64,000 bases of DNA from Pseudobacteriovorax sp. (GCA_050293845.1 JBNKNM010000004.1:1-64000); one strand, 5' to 3'; counted from the first letter of the stretch, positions 19,759-29,580 are shown. Translations and numbers: made by a program. The notes: generated from the letters alone by a model not told the origin.

Positions 19759-22272
19759 ATGGCGGAGCAAAAAGAACTTAAATTAGCCGTCCGCGTAGTC
19801 GGGCGGGTAACCGAAAAGCTGGAAGATATCAATAGGAAGCTTGAAAAGCTTACCCGGCCCATAGCTCGCATCAATGATAATTTTCGTATGGCTGAAAATA
19901 GTGTGCGAAGATACACCAATACTCTAGATAAACTTTCCAAAAAATTCAGAAATATCGGAATGGCGGCTACTCTTGGCCTTACCCTTCCCATAGCTGCTTT
20001 TGGTGCCACCACTATCAAAACCGCCGCTGACTTTGAACATGCCATGACCAAAGTCAAAACTCTGACCCAGGGTGATATGTTTCAGCAGCTTAAATCCCAG
20101 GCCCGTGAATTTGGTGCATCTACAAGACATTCTGCCACTGAGGCCGCCCAAGCTATGGTCTTCTATTCTATGGCTGGATTTAAGGCCCTTGAAACATTTA
20201 AGACAATGCCGTCAACCCTGGCCTTGGCGACAGCAGCAACCGAGGATCTATCGACTACTGCGGATATACTGTCGGGCGTGGTTAGGGGGTACCAAATACC
20301 TCTTGATGATATTCCTAAAACGACTGACTTGCTAACCGCTGGATTTGCCAACGCAAAAATGGATCTTAGAACCCTGGGGGAAGCTCTACAAAAATCTGGT
20401 GGTACGTTTAACAAGCTGGGAGTACCCCTTTCCGAGCTTTTAGCACTCATTGGAAAGCTAAGAGATGTCAATATCGATCCTTCATCAATTGGTACCGCTC
20501 TTACCAGTGCTGCATCTAGGCTAGTTTCCCCTGTAAAGCTGGTAAAGGATAGAATTCAGGAATTATTGAATATTGACGCATCAAAGTTGACTACTGAACA
20601 AGGAAAGCTCGGATCATTTGTCGATCTACTAGAGAGGCTTGAGAAGGCTGGTGCAACACCAGCAGATTTCTATGATATATTTGGTAAGGAGTCTGGAAAA
20701 TACCTTATTCAGTACCTACAAGTTAGTAACGGTATCCGTAGGCTTCAGCATACTATCGAAAATTCCACCGGGATTACAAAACGCTTTGCGACTGAATTTG
20801 AAAAAGGTGCCACTGGTGCCATGTATTCTTTCAAAAGTGCAGTAGAAGCCGTAGAAATCAGCCTTGGCGAAAGCGGACTACTCGATTATTTTACCAAATC
20901 AACCTTTGCCTTCGCATCATATATCCAAAAACTCTCTAGAGTTAATCCAGCGTTGTTAAACCTTGCTACCATAATGGCTGTAACTATCGGTATTATTGGC
21001 CCGATGTTTCTAACTCTGGCGACGATGGTTAGCACACTTGCAGTCAGTATTGTTGCTTTAAAGTTCGCCTCTGTTATAGCGGCAGCTTTCGGAACAACCC
21101 TAGGGGCTGTACTAGGGGGAATTGCCCTAAAATTTAGCCTTATTATTGGTGTTATTGGCTTAGTGGTATATGCCGGATGGTTCTTTTATAAAAATTGGTC
21201 TGCTATTTATGATTTTGCAGGAAAAGTAGTTTCAGGATGGGTCGATCTCGTATCCGGCTATATGTCTTTTGTCTGGGGGTTAATCAAAGACTATATTGTC
21301 GGATGGTTCAAAACATTCCTCTGGTTTGCAGATTTTCTAGAAAAGCTATGGGATAACCCTAAGCAAGCATTTATCGACGCATTTGAGGATATCAAAAATA
21401 AATTGTCTGAGATTATTGATAACTTTACCACTAAATTTATGCGTATGGTCGATAAAGTTATGCCTTATGTAAAGCGAATTATGAACTTTTTGATCGATCC
21501 AAAAGGTAACTATAAAGAGTTTTATGTCGCTGAGGATCAATCTGACTACCCTTCGATTCAAAACGAGGAAGTTGTTAGAAAGCTAAGATATGATATGGGG
21601 CCTATTCAAGATATTCCAGATTTGAATTATGAAGCAACTATCACATTCAAGCCAGAACCACAAAAATCGCAATCAATTGATTTAGTTCCCGACTTTATTG
21701 AAGATATAGGATCTACAATATATGATGCCTTCACCAAGTCTACCTTTGATATCACAGATGATATTAATATCGACATAGACGAAAATAAGCTTGGTAAAGC
21801 CATGAAAGTAGATGCCAAGATTGATGCAAAACAAATTGCTCCAGTAATTCCGTTAAAATCATTTGGTCCTGGGGATTTTTTCAAAAACAGCCAGATATTT
21901 GATGACAGATCTATCAATGGAGAAAAACAGTGGAATCCAGTGGTACCTGAGACCAAGGTAATACCATTTCCATCTGAAAAAATAGCCAAGCCTTTGGAGA
22001 AAGTAAACCAAGTCATTACTCCTAATGCTAAAATGAAAGATACAATCGATACTCTAAAACAAACCTCCGAGCATAAGTTTGAAGAGGGTCGAGTTGAAAG
22101 AATTATGAATTCTTCGACTACCCGCGAGGAAAGGATCGAACGATCTGAAAAGGAAGTACGGATAATCATTGATTTTGAAAATGTTCCCAAGGGCGTTGAG
22201 GTTCGAACAGAGAATAAAAGCAAGATCCCACTATCAGTAAATATGGGATTTGCAATGGATGGTAACAGGTGA
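19759..22272 (+). CDS. Tail tape measure protein (TP901-type core)
   Basis: AADFEHAMTKV, STRHSATEAAQAM, hydrophobic mid-section; position after the chaperones. Confidence 0.9.
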   Translation: MAEQKELKLAVRVVGRVTEKLEDINRKLEKLTRPIARINDNFRMAENSVRRYTNTLDKLSKKFRNIGMAATLGLTLPIAAFGATTIKTAADFEHAMTKVKTLTQGDMFQQLKSQAREFGASTRHSATEAAQAMVFYSMAGFKALETFKTMPSTLALATAATEDLSTTADILSGVVRGYQIPLDDIPKTTDLLTAGFANAKMDLRTLGEALQKSGGTFNKLGVPLSELLALIGKLRDVNIDPSSIGTALTSAASRLVSPVKLVKDRIQELLNIDASKLTTEQGKLGSFVDLLERLEKAGATPADFYDIFGKESGKYLIQYLQVSNGIRRLQHTIENSTGITKRFATEFEKGATGAMYSFKSAVEAVEISLGESGLLDYFTKSTFAFASYIQKLSRVNPALLNLATIMAVTIGIIGPMFLTLATMVSTLAVSIVALKFASVIAAAFGTTLGAVLGGIALKFSLIIGVIGLVVYAGWFFYKNWSAIYDFAGKVVSGWVDLVSGYMSFVWGLIKDYIVGWFKTFLWFADFLEKLWDNPKQAFIDAFEDIKNKLSEIIDNFTTKFMRMVDKVMPYVKRIMNFLIDPKGNYKEFYVAEDQSDYPSIQNEEVVRKLRYDMGPIQDIPDLNYEATITFKPEPQKSQSIDLVPDFIEDIGSTIYDAFTKSTFDITDDINIDIDENKLGKAMKVDAKIDAKQIAPVIPLKSFGPGDFFKNSQIFDDRSINGEKQWNPVVPETKVIPFPSEKIAKPLEKVNQVITPNAKMKDTIDTLKQTSEHKFEEGRVERIMNSSTTREERIERSEKEVRIIIDFENVPKGVEVRTENKSKIPLSVNMGFAMDGNR

Positions 22273-23480
22273 TGTGGAAGACCCGTTATGCTGAGGCCTC
22301 ATTTCGCAGTATTAAGTTTTTCGTACGTAGATCTCCATCAGAATACGGTAGAAATAAAATCGTCCACGAAATCGCCTTTTCAGAAAAACCTATCGTAGAA
22401 GATACTGGAAAGCTCACTCAAAGATTTCCAATTGACGGCTTTTTAATCGGTGATGATTATGATTTGACAAGGGATCAAATAATTAAAGCCGTAGAAAAAA
22501 CTGGTCCTGGGCAGCTTATCCATCCTTATCATGGTATTAAGACAGTCGAATGTCTAAACTGTAAAATTGATGAATCTTTTTTAGAAGGAAATTTTGCAAG
22601 GATTAGCTTTGAATTTATCGAGGCTGGAAGTTTAGATGGCATTTTAGGATTTGTCGATGAAGCCCTTAAACTCATCGATGATGCTAACGACTTTATCGAT
22701 AATTTAATCCTTGAATTTAATGAAGTTTTTTCTGTACTTTCCGCACCGGCATTTGTCGTGCAATCTGCTGCTGGATTGGTTGATAAAGTGGGAGATTTTA
22801 TCTTATCAAAAAATGGTCTAGGTGCTGTGCAAGCTTCAGTGTCAGACTTATCTAATGCCATAACCGAGCTAAAAATTGAATCCCAGTCTCTTGTAAGGTC
22901 TCCAAGAATTCTTGCTGAACGAACCATCGCAGCCTTCGAAGCACTTGGCGATAGCTTTTCAGCTAGGGAAGATGGTATCAATGCGGTTACTAGCATATCT
23001 GATCTAAGATTCAGTTTTACACCATCACTTTATAATACGACAAATAGAAGACGTGAACGCAATAACAGAATTGCCTTTGAGAATTTCTCTAGGTCGGTAT
23101 CTTTAGGGGTATCAGCAAAGATACTTTCAAGCTTTTTAAGGTCTCAATCTTCAGGGGCAAATAGGCTTAGTAGCGGTGAAGTGATCGCGCTTAGAAATTC
23201 GATAGTTACTGCAATAGAGGGGATACTATTTTCGAGCAATCTTTCGCTAGACACCTATCGATCACTGCTCGCGCTAAAGACAAAGCTATTAGAATCTATC
23301 CCTGGAGCAATCGAGCTACCAGAAACTAGACGTTTTATCCTAGATAAAAGCATGTCAATCTATCAACTTTCTTACAGGCTCTACGGATCTATAAGGGAAG
23401 TAGACGAGATTATGGAGCGCAATCCCCAAATATCCCCCTCCCTAATTCCTCAAGGTACAGAGGTCGAGTATGCTATCTAA
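22272..23480 (+). CDS. Mu-like DNA circularisation/tail protein (gpN-like)
   Basis: ASFRSIKF, VEDTG, GPGQLIHPYHG, FIEAG; C-terminal LSYRLYG...RNP. Confidence 0.85.
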   Translation: MWKTRYAEASFRSIKFFVRRSPSEYGRNKIVHEIAFSEKPIVEDTGKLTQRFPIDGFLIGDDYDLTRDQIIKAVEKTGPGQLIHPYHGIKTVECLNCKIDESFLEGNFARISFEFIEAGSLDGILGFVDEALKLIDDANDFIDNLILEFNEVFSVLSAPAFVVQSAAGLVDKVGDFILSKNGLGAVQASVSDLSNAITELKIESQSLVRSPRILAERTIAAFEALGDSFSAREDGINAVTSISDLRFSFTPSLYNTTNRRRERNNRIAFENFSRSVSLGVSAKILSSFLRSQSSGANRLSSGEVIALRNSIVTAIEGILFSSNLSLDTYRSLLALKTKLLESIPGAIELPETRRFILDKSMSIYQLSYRLYGSIREVDEIMERNPQISPSLIPQGTEVEYAI

Positions 23481-24507
23481 AAAAAAAATAGAGCTCCAAA
23501 TCGGTTCTGTAATATATCCATATTGGAAAACCGTTAGTATTTCTAAAAGAATAGATGCAGTTGCAAGCTCGTTTGACTTAACAGTCTTCGGCCTTTATGC
23601 ATCAGATTTTGATAAAATTCCTATAAAAGTTGGCAACAAAGCTGGAGTCAAACTAGAAGGAATTCAGGTTGTTTCCGGCTATATCGATAAGAAGACAGCT
23701 TCCTTTTCCAAGTCAGATCACAGCATAGCAATATCAGGCCGTGATAATACGGGGGATTTGGTTGACTGCTCGATAATCGAAGGCCCTACCCAATTTCAGA
23801 ACCAAACCCTAACCCAGATTGCACAACGGCTATGTAATCCTTTTGGAATTCCTGTCATCTCATCTGCAGGCGATATCATAAAGAGCTTTAAAATTGATCC
23901 AGGGGAATCCATTTTTGAAGCACTGGAGCGATATGCTAGGATATATGGCTATCTATTGCGCCCCGACGGTCTTGGCAACCTTACTATTCCAGGAATTGGC
24001 AGCACCTATGCAAATTCAGCACTTATCCAGGGCAAAAATATTATCTCGGCTTCAGTCGAATATGATCATTCGGATAGGTTTAACGAATACAAAGTTTTCG
24101 GTCAAAATCAGCTTCCAGATGAGGAGGAAGAAGGAAGCGAAGAAGTAACAGGGTCAGCCAAAGATAATGGCGTTTTAAGATATAGACCCAAGGCCATTAT
24201 TTCAAACAATTCTATCAACGACAATCAAGCAAAAGCCTTGGCAGAATGGGAAGCAACGGTTAGAGCAGCAAGGGCGATCTCGGTCACAATTGAGGTTCAA
24301 GATTGGAAGCAGGGAGAAAATAGGCTTTGGGATGTCAATGAACTTGTTCGAGTAGAATCTCCATCCCTTGGAGTATCGGCCTATATGCTCTCTACTGGCG
24401 TTGATTTTACCTACAGTAAAGAGGAAGGGAAGAAAACCAGTATCGAGCTAACACGCCTTGATGCATTTAAACCATCCCCTGTTATCGATGAGGTAGAGTT
24501 TGCTTAA
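23470..24507 (+). CDS. Baseplate hub protein (Mu gpP-like)
   Basis: GRDNTGDLVDCS, PGESIFEALER, DRFNEYKVFGQ, RYRP. Confidence 0.85.
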   Translation: MLSKKKIELQIGSVIYPYWKTVSISKRIDAVASSFDLTVFGLYASDFDKIPIKVGNKAGVKLEGIQVVSGYIDKKTASFSKSDHSIAISGRDNTGDLVDCSIIEGPTQFQNQTLTQIAQRLCNPFGIPVISSAGDIIKSFKIDPGESIFEALERYARIYGYLLRPDGLGNLTIPGIGSTYANSALIQGKNIISASVEYDHSDRFNEYKVFGQNQLPDEEEEGSEEVTGSAKDNGVLRYRPKAIISNNSINDNQAKALAEWEATVRAARAISVTIEVQDWKQGENRLWDVNELVRVESPSLGVSAYMLSTGVDFTYSKEEGKKTSIELTRLDAFKPSPVIDEVEFA

Positions 24508-25117
24508 AGAGATTGAAAAATTACTTTCTCCTATCAGACGTAGGCTGTTAATGATTTTGGGAAAATCTCTAATAACTGCCATTAATGATGACAGAGGATT
24601 TCAGCAGCTTCAGCTCTCCATTTTAAAAGATGAGTTAATCGACAAAATTGATCGCTATCAAAACTATGGCTTCACCTCCCACCCTAAACCAGGATCTCAA
24701 GCTATTGGGCTCTTTAATGGCGGTCGGCGCAACAACGGTATAGTGATCTGTGTTGACGATAGGAGGTACCGGCTTAAAGGGCTTAAAGAGGGCGAAGTTG
24801 CCATCTATACGGATGAGGGTGACTCGATAATATTAAAGCGAGAAAATACAATCGAAGTCAAAACTAAGAATTTCAAAGTAAATACAGAAACTAGCGAAAT
24901 TAATTCGAGTAAATCCATTCTTTTTAAGACTGAAGAGACCACGATTGAAACCAAAAAATTTAAGGTAACAGACGGAACAAATGACATTACAGCATTGATC
25001 ATAGATTGGATGAGTGAAGTCATTTCTGCAACCACAAATACCATGCTCGGACCAATGAAACTTATTGGTATGGGATTTCCGACCCTAAAGAAAAAACTGG
25101 AGAAATTTAAAAAATGA
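24500..25117 (+). CDS. Baseplate spike protein (Mu gp45 / gpV-like)
   Basis: YQNYGFTSHP, DDRRYRLKGLKEGEVAIYTDEG. Confidence 0.88.
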   Translation: MLKEIEKLLSPIRRRLLMILGKSLITAINDDRGFQQLQLSILKDELIDKIDRYQNYGFTSHPKPGSQAIGLFNGGRRNNGIVICVDDRRYRLKGLKEGEVAIYTDEGDSIILKRENTIEVKTKNFKVNTETSEINSSKSILFKTEETTIETKKFKVTDGTNDITALIIDWMSEVISATTNTMLGPMKLIGMGFPTLKKKLEKFKK

Positions 25118-25329
25118 TGGATGGCAGCAAACTTGGCAAAGATTTGAAGTCTGCAATCGATGGTATTGCCGATAAAAATAATCATGGTTTATTGTGGGAC
25201 GCTGTTGGGAAAGCCATCGTTTCCCATATCCAGAAAAATGCTGTTGTACTGAAAGGAATTTCGGTTGAGACAGCAGGATCAGCAACAGCGCAAAAGGGAG
25301 CAACTACACAGGATGGAAAGATTCAATAA
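25117..25329 (+). CDS. Small baseplate-associated hypothetical protein
   Basis: Coupled to the spike gene; about 70 aa. Confidence 0.5.
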   Translation: MDGSKLGKDLKSAIDGIADKNNHGLLWDAVGKAIVSHIQKNAVVLKGISVETAGSATAQKGATTQDGKIQ

Positions 25330-26149
25330 ACTTGTCGGAATTGATCTTTGTAGTGGTATCGGTGGTATAACCCTTGGTCTAAGCGAATATGTAAATCCCG
25401 TAGCTTACTGTGAGATTGACGACTATGCTAGTAAAGTGTTGAAAGCTCGAATCGCAGACGGCTTTCTACCAGATGCACCTATCCATGAAGATGTAAAAAA
25501 GTTTCCCTATAAGTCATACAAGAATAAGGTAGACATCATATATGCAGGATTCCCATGCCAAGACATCAGCGTTGCAGGAAAAAGAGATGGTTTGGAAGGA
25601 AAGCGAAGCTCGCTTTTTTTCAAAATTATCACCTTGGCCAAGAAAATCGAGTCCACTTTTGTATTCCTGGAGAACGTTCCTGGTATTCGCACAAAAGGAC
25701 TTGAAGAAGTCACAAGGACTATTACCAGCGCAGGGTATGATCTCCGGTGGCTTGTTTTACCCGCTTCGGCGTTGGGTGCCCCGCACGTTAGGGAACGCTG
25801 GTTCCTACTTGCCTACTCCTCTAGCTTCTCAGAGCGGCGGGTTTTCAAATCGGAGAGGAGGAAGAAAGCCAACTCTGGATGTAATGGCAGCGCGAAACCT
25901 ATGGCCAACCCCGTTGGCATCAGACAGCAGAAAACCAAGCAAGGCGGATTACCAGAGAAAAAGCCCATGCTTGAGGGCAAGAGTTGGTGGGCCGTTGAAC
26001 CCGATGTTTGTCGAGTGGTTAATGGGTTACCAAATCGGGTGGACAGACTTAAAGCCCTTGGAAATAGCGTAGTCCCGGTTCAAGTAAAAGTAGCTTTCGA
26101 GCAACTCCTAGGAATTCATGATGAAAGATATTTCGATACTGGAAAATGA
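25313..26149 (+). CDS. DNA (cytosine-5) methyltransferase, alpha-type chain
   Basis: DLCSGIGG (motif I), GFPCQD (IV), FLENV (VI), PHVRERWF (VIII), LKALGNSVVP (X). Likely start is ATG 25313. Confidence 0.9.
   Translation: MERFNKLVGIDLCSGIGGITLGLSEYVNPVAYCEIDDYASKVLKARIADGFLPDAPIHEDVKKFPYKSYKNKVDIIYAGFPCQDISVAGKRDGLEGKRSSLFFKIITLAKKIESTFVFLENVPGIRTKGLEEVTRTITSAGYDLRWLVLPASALGAPHVRERWFLLAYSSSFSERRVFKSERRKKANSGCNGSAKPMANPVGIRQQKTKQGGLPEKKPMLEGKSWWAVEPDVCRVVNGLPNRVDRLKALGNSVVPVQVKVAFEQLLGIHDERYFDTGK
25542..26072 (+). CDS. Nested alternative-frame methyltransferase partner (beta-type chain)
   Basis: 176-aa open frame fully inside the MTase gene. Carries LPTPLASQ/WPTPLASD repeats and LNPMFVEWLMGYQIGWT, a motif-IX-type segment missing from the main frame. 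Confidence 0.65.
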   Translation: MQDSHAKTSALQEKEMVWKESEARFFSKLSPWPRKSSPLLYSWRTFLVFAQKDLKKSQGLLPAQGMISGGLFYPLRRWVPRTLGNAGSYLPTPLASQSGGFSNRRGGRKPTLDVMAARNLWPTPLASDSRKPSKADYQRKSPCLRARVGGPLNPMFVEWLMGYQIGWTDLKPLEIA

Positions 26150-26480
26150 TTCCCTTGATGAAACCCTTACATCTGCCATCCTGATTAGTCTTTTTACCGA
26201 TAAGAGGGTTACTGAAGACGAGACAGATGAGGATGATAAGCGTGGCTACTGGGGTGATGAAAATCTAGGTTCTAAACTCTGGCTTCTTGATCGAGAAAAT
26301 ATTTCGGAATCCACACGCACAAAAGCTAAGGAGTACACTGAGGAAGCTTTGCAGTGGCTAATAGAAGATAGTGAAATTAAAGATCTTAAAATTGAAACAT
26401 CGTATGTAAATTCCCATCTTATCATCAAGATCAACGCATTGGGATTAAGTATTGACTACACCGATCAAAAAATCCTTTGA
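26121..26480 (+). CDS. Baseplate protein (Mu gp46-like)
   Basis: AILISLFTD, RGYWGD, GSKLWLLDRE, EALQWL. Confidence 0.88.
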   Translation: MKDISILENDSLDETLTSAILISLFTDKRVTEDETDEDDKRGYWGDENLGSKLWLLDRENISESTRTKAKEYTEEALQWLIEDSEIKDLKIETSYVNSHLIIKINALGLSIDYTDQKIL

Positions 26481-27528
26481 GGAGGCTTATGCTGAGATCC
26501 ACGAGGATCTTAAGCAGTCACTTGACATTACAAAACCGAAAAGATTCTCGGTTGCCAGTATTCTGGCAAGGGCTTTAGCTCCTCAAGTATCTTTAATCTA
26601 CCTTTTTATCGATGCTCTTGCTCGTGCCATATTACCCGATGCAGCGGTAGGAGTCTTTCTTGAACGATGGTGTGCCATCTATGGCATATTTAGAAAACCA
26701 GCGTCCAGAGCACAGGGAAAAGTAGTTTTCAGTGGTGTAGATGGATCGATTATTCCTATCGGCCAAAGACTTCAAGATATTAGTGGATTAGAGTTTGAAA
26801 CTCAAGAGTTGGTTCAGATAGTAGATGGTACCGCAATAGTTTCAGTGATCTCTGTCGGTCAAGGTCGAGACTTCAATATTCCGAGTAGTTCAGAGTTAAC
26901 CCTCATTAGTCCTGTAGCTGGCGTCACTTCTCTTGCTATTGTAGATCAGAATGGATTCAGCGGCGGCTCTGATATCGAAAGTGATTCGAGTCTGCGCGAA
27001 AGACTTTTATTCCGTTTAAGAAATCCGCCACAAGGTGGAGCTGCACACGACTACATAAGCTGGGCATTAGAGATTCCTGGTATTACACGAGCATGGGTAT
27101 ATAAGCAATATCAAGGACCTGGTACTGTTGGAGTAACTTTTGTTCTTGATGCTGAATCAAATATTATACCTAGCGAAAACTCAAAGCCCTTTTTAGATCT
27201 TAAAGCAAATCTTGAGCAGAAAGCCCCTTTAACAGCGGATGTAATTCTTTTCCCGCCAATAGCTAAAGTCATTAACCCCAGAGTCAAGCTTATTCCAGAT
27301 AATGACGCGGTTCGGAGAGAAGTAAAAGAAGAACTTTCGGACTTATTTTACAGGGAAGCTGAAGCCGGAGAAGCCTATAAGGCAGATGGGACCATCCTTG
27401 TTTCGAAAATAAGGGAGGCAATTTCAACGGCTGAAGGTGAGCAAGACCATGTTCTTGAAAGTCCTACTTCAAATATTACTGTTGGCAGAGGTGAAATAGC
27501 TATTTTAGGTGATATAACATGGCTATAA
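26452..27528 (+). CDS. Baseplate J / Mu gp47 family protein
   Basis: GGSDIESD, PPQGGAAHDYISWALEIPGITRAWV, GPGTV. Confidence 0.9.
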   Translation: MTTPIKKSFEEAYAEIHEDLKQSLDITKPKRFSVASILARALAPQVSLIYLFIDALARAILPDAAVGVFLERWCAIYGIFRKPASRAQGKVVFSGVDGSIIPIGQRLQDISGLEFETQELVQIVDGTAIVSVISVGQGRDFNIPSSSELTLISPVAGVTSLAIVDQNGFSGGSDIESDSSLRERLLFRLRNPPQGGAAHDYISWALEIPGITRAWVYKQYQGPGTVGVTFVLDAESNIIPSENSKPFLDLKANLEQKAPLTADVILFPPIAKVINPRVKLIPDNDAVRREVKEELSDLFYREAEAGEAYKADGTILVSKIREAISTAEGEQDHVLESPTSNITVGRGEIAILGDITWL

Positions 27529-28037
27529 CTCACTCTGAAAAATACTTTAGTGCGCTAAAATCGAATCTTCCACCTGGAAAGATCTGGCAAATTACTTGGC
27601 TACTAGATCTACTAAAAGGATGCAGCAATCTTTTTCAGCGCATTGATGATTACTCGATAAAGATTTTTGTTACTGAAATGGTTGATAATGTTGAAACCTA
27701 TAAGGATCTTTGGGGCAAAATTCTTGATATACAAAATCCCAATGCTGCAAAAATAAGAGGTAAACTTGGAGCTACAGCCGGACAAAATATAGCAGACTAT
27801 CAGCAGCTATTTGACCAAATATCTTCTAATCAAATTGCTATAGACTTCATCCCTCCAGCTCGATGTGGTATGAGTTGCGGTGGATATCTAGCAGGGATTC
27901 CTTGGAAATACACAATCATCCTTTCTGACATAAATCCCGACGAGCTAGAAACAATCAAGGAAACTGTAGAAAAAATTGAACACGCACACATAAACTTTCT
28001 ATATTTTGGTGAGGAAAGATGGATACAGTTTGGCTGA
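27519..28037 (+). CDS. Baseplate/tail protein (Mu gp48-like)
   Basis: LPPGKIW near the N-terminus and HAH at the C-terminus; position after gp47. Confidence 0.65.
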   Translation: MAITHSEKYFSALKSNLPPGKIWQITWLLDLLKGCSNLFQRIDDYSIKIFVTEMVDNVETYKDLWGKILDIQNPNAAKIRGKLGATAGQNIADYQQLFDQISSNQIAIDFIPPARCGMSCGGYLAGIPWKYTIILSDINPDELETIKETVEKIEHAHINFLYFGEERWIQFG

Positions 28038-28648
28038 ATGAAGGTGGTATAATCGTAAATGGAAAAAGCGTTTTTAGTGAAGGTGACCCTTCACCATCTG
28101 GGCATCCACCAACAAGAATTACCGCTAGATTTTTAAATAATCAGATGTTAGAGCTTGTAAACTTAGTACTCGGTGCCGGATATGCATTAAATCATCAGAG
28201 TAATACCCAGCTTTTGGAATCGGTGAGAAAAATCAGCCTTTATCGAGATTATGACGCAATCGTTGGAGATGGCTATCTTGCGTCTATTGATGAAGCATTA
28301 GATAAGGTAGGACCATCAAGTAAGATCCTTGTCACAAGTCATATATTTACTAGCTCAACGATTACCATTGACCAACCAGATATCTCTATATCATCTCTAC
28401 CAGGAGTAAATATAACAGGTCGAAATCTGTCAGGCTCTTTGTTCGTCCTTGACGCAGCAAGAATTACTTTTAAGGATTGTCGGCTGGGGATCGAGAATCC
28501 AGCTAGTTCCAACTATGTTTTCAATTTATCTGATCGGGCTGAATCAGCATTGATTTCCAACACTAGAATATTTAATTTTGCAAGCCAGCCATTTTTCACT
28601 TCGACTAGCAATAATCTTTTTCAATCAGGCACCGTAATCGAACGTTAA
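28019..28648 (+). CDS. Short tail fibre-like protein
   Basis: FSEGDP...PPTRITARFLN...ELVNLVLGAG...TQLLESV Mu-type fibre N-terminus, followed by a beta-rich region. Confidence 0.7.
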   Translation: MDTVWLNEGGIIVNGKSVFSEGDPSPSGHPPTRITARFLNNQMLELVNLVLGAGYALNHQSNTQLLESVRKISLYRDYDAIVGDGYLASIDEALDKVGPSSKILVTSHIFTSSTITIDQPDISISSLPGVNITGRNLSGSLFVLDAARITFKDCRLGIENPASSNYVFNLSDRAESALISNTRIFNFASQPFFTSTSNNLFQSGTVIER

Positions 28649-28728
28649 TGCAAAGCTTCGTCTTCCCTAAAAGGCTTTATCTGTCTTACAAATAGCCGTC
28701 AGGATAATTTATTTAAGGGAAACAATAG

Positions 28729-29580
28729 ATGACAAAATTAAGGATGATTTTTTGGTTATGTATTGCGACATTATTTTCGAGTGTTGCTTGGGCACAATTT
28801 GTTGAACCTCCGTCTTTCGGGAATTATTACCAAATCGATATTATAGATGATTCCTCTGGTAGAAATTTTTGTATCTATCGATCAGGTAAAGCGATGTATT
28901 GCATAGACGGCAATCCAGAGCGCCATGATCTTAAGGGTGACGTTAACGTCGGCCAGCTATTCAAAAATCAAAAATTGATACTCGGTGAGAATGCTATCTA
29001 TGATAATAGCGGTAGACAGGTCATAGATTTAAACACTGGTGAATGGGTCGGAGATCCAACTGGACTCCGTGGTCCTAAAGGTGACAAAGGTGATCCAGGA
29101 GCTACTGGTCCGAGGGGGCCACAAGGAGTAAAAGGTGACAAAGGGGATACTGGTGTAGCTGGACCAATTGGACCAAAAGGTGATAAAGGCGATACTGGTG
29201 CAACTGGTCCAAGAGGTCCTCAAGGTGACAAAGGAGACAAAGGGGATAAGGGTGATACAGGAGATCGCGGTTTGCAGGGCTTAAAAGGTGATACGGGACC
29301 AAGAGGACCTGAAGGACCTATCGGTCCTCAAGGGCCAGCAGGTAATTTTTCAGGATGCGTGCAAGAGCGAGTTACCCAGTCTTCTACACTAGCTGATTTC
29401 ACTATTGGCGCTAATTGTCCGTCTCCAGATTATATTGCAACGGGAGGAAGTTGCCAAGCCTTTGGTAGAGCTGAATTGCTCGGAAATAGCCTTGGTCCGA
29501 TTTCTAATGGGTGTTTTTTTAGAAACACCTTCGGAGGTGAATCAAGTGGCCAGTCACGAGTTACATGTTGTTTGCCATGA
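28729..29580 (+). CDS. Signal-peptide-bearing collagen-like protein with Cys-rich C-terminal domain
   Basis: N-terminal Sec-like signal ending AWA; more than 30 consecutive G-X-Y triplets; C-terminal Cys-rich domain ending VTCCLP. Confidence 0.75.
   Translation: MTKLRMIFWLCIATLFSSVAWAQFVEPPSFGNYYQIDIIDDSSGRNFCIYRSGKAMYCIDGNPERHDLKGDVNVGQLFKNQKLILGENAIYDNSGRQVIDLNTGEWVGDPTGLRGPKGDKGDPGATGPRGPQGVKGDKGDTGVAGPIGPKGDKGDTGATGPRGPQGDKGDKGDKGDTGDRGLQGLKGDTGPRGPEGPIGPQGPAGNFSGCVQERVTQSSTLADFTIGANCPSPDYIATGGSCQAFGRAELLGNSLGPISNGCFFRNTFGGESSGQSRVTCCLP

Noticed and set aside
21627..22996. Long antisense ORFs within the tape measure and gpN-like genes (similar ones in copA, cusB and the capsid gene)
   Set aside because: Shadow frames opposite well-supported genes, with Ser/Ile-rich composition.
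29060..29345. CRISPR-like or VNTR repeat
   Set aside because: The repeats are codon-phased G-X-Y collagen coding with no spacers. No cas genes in the window.
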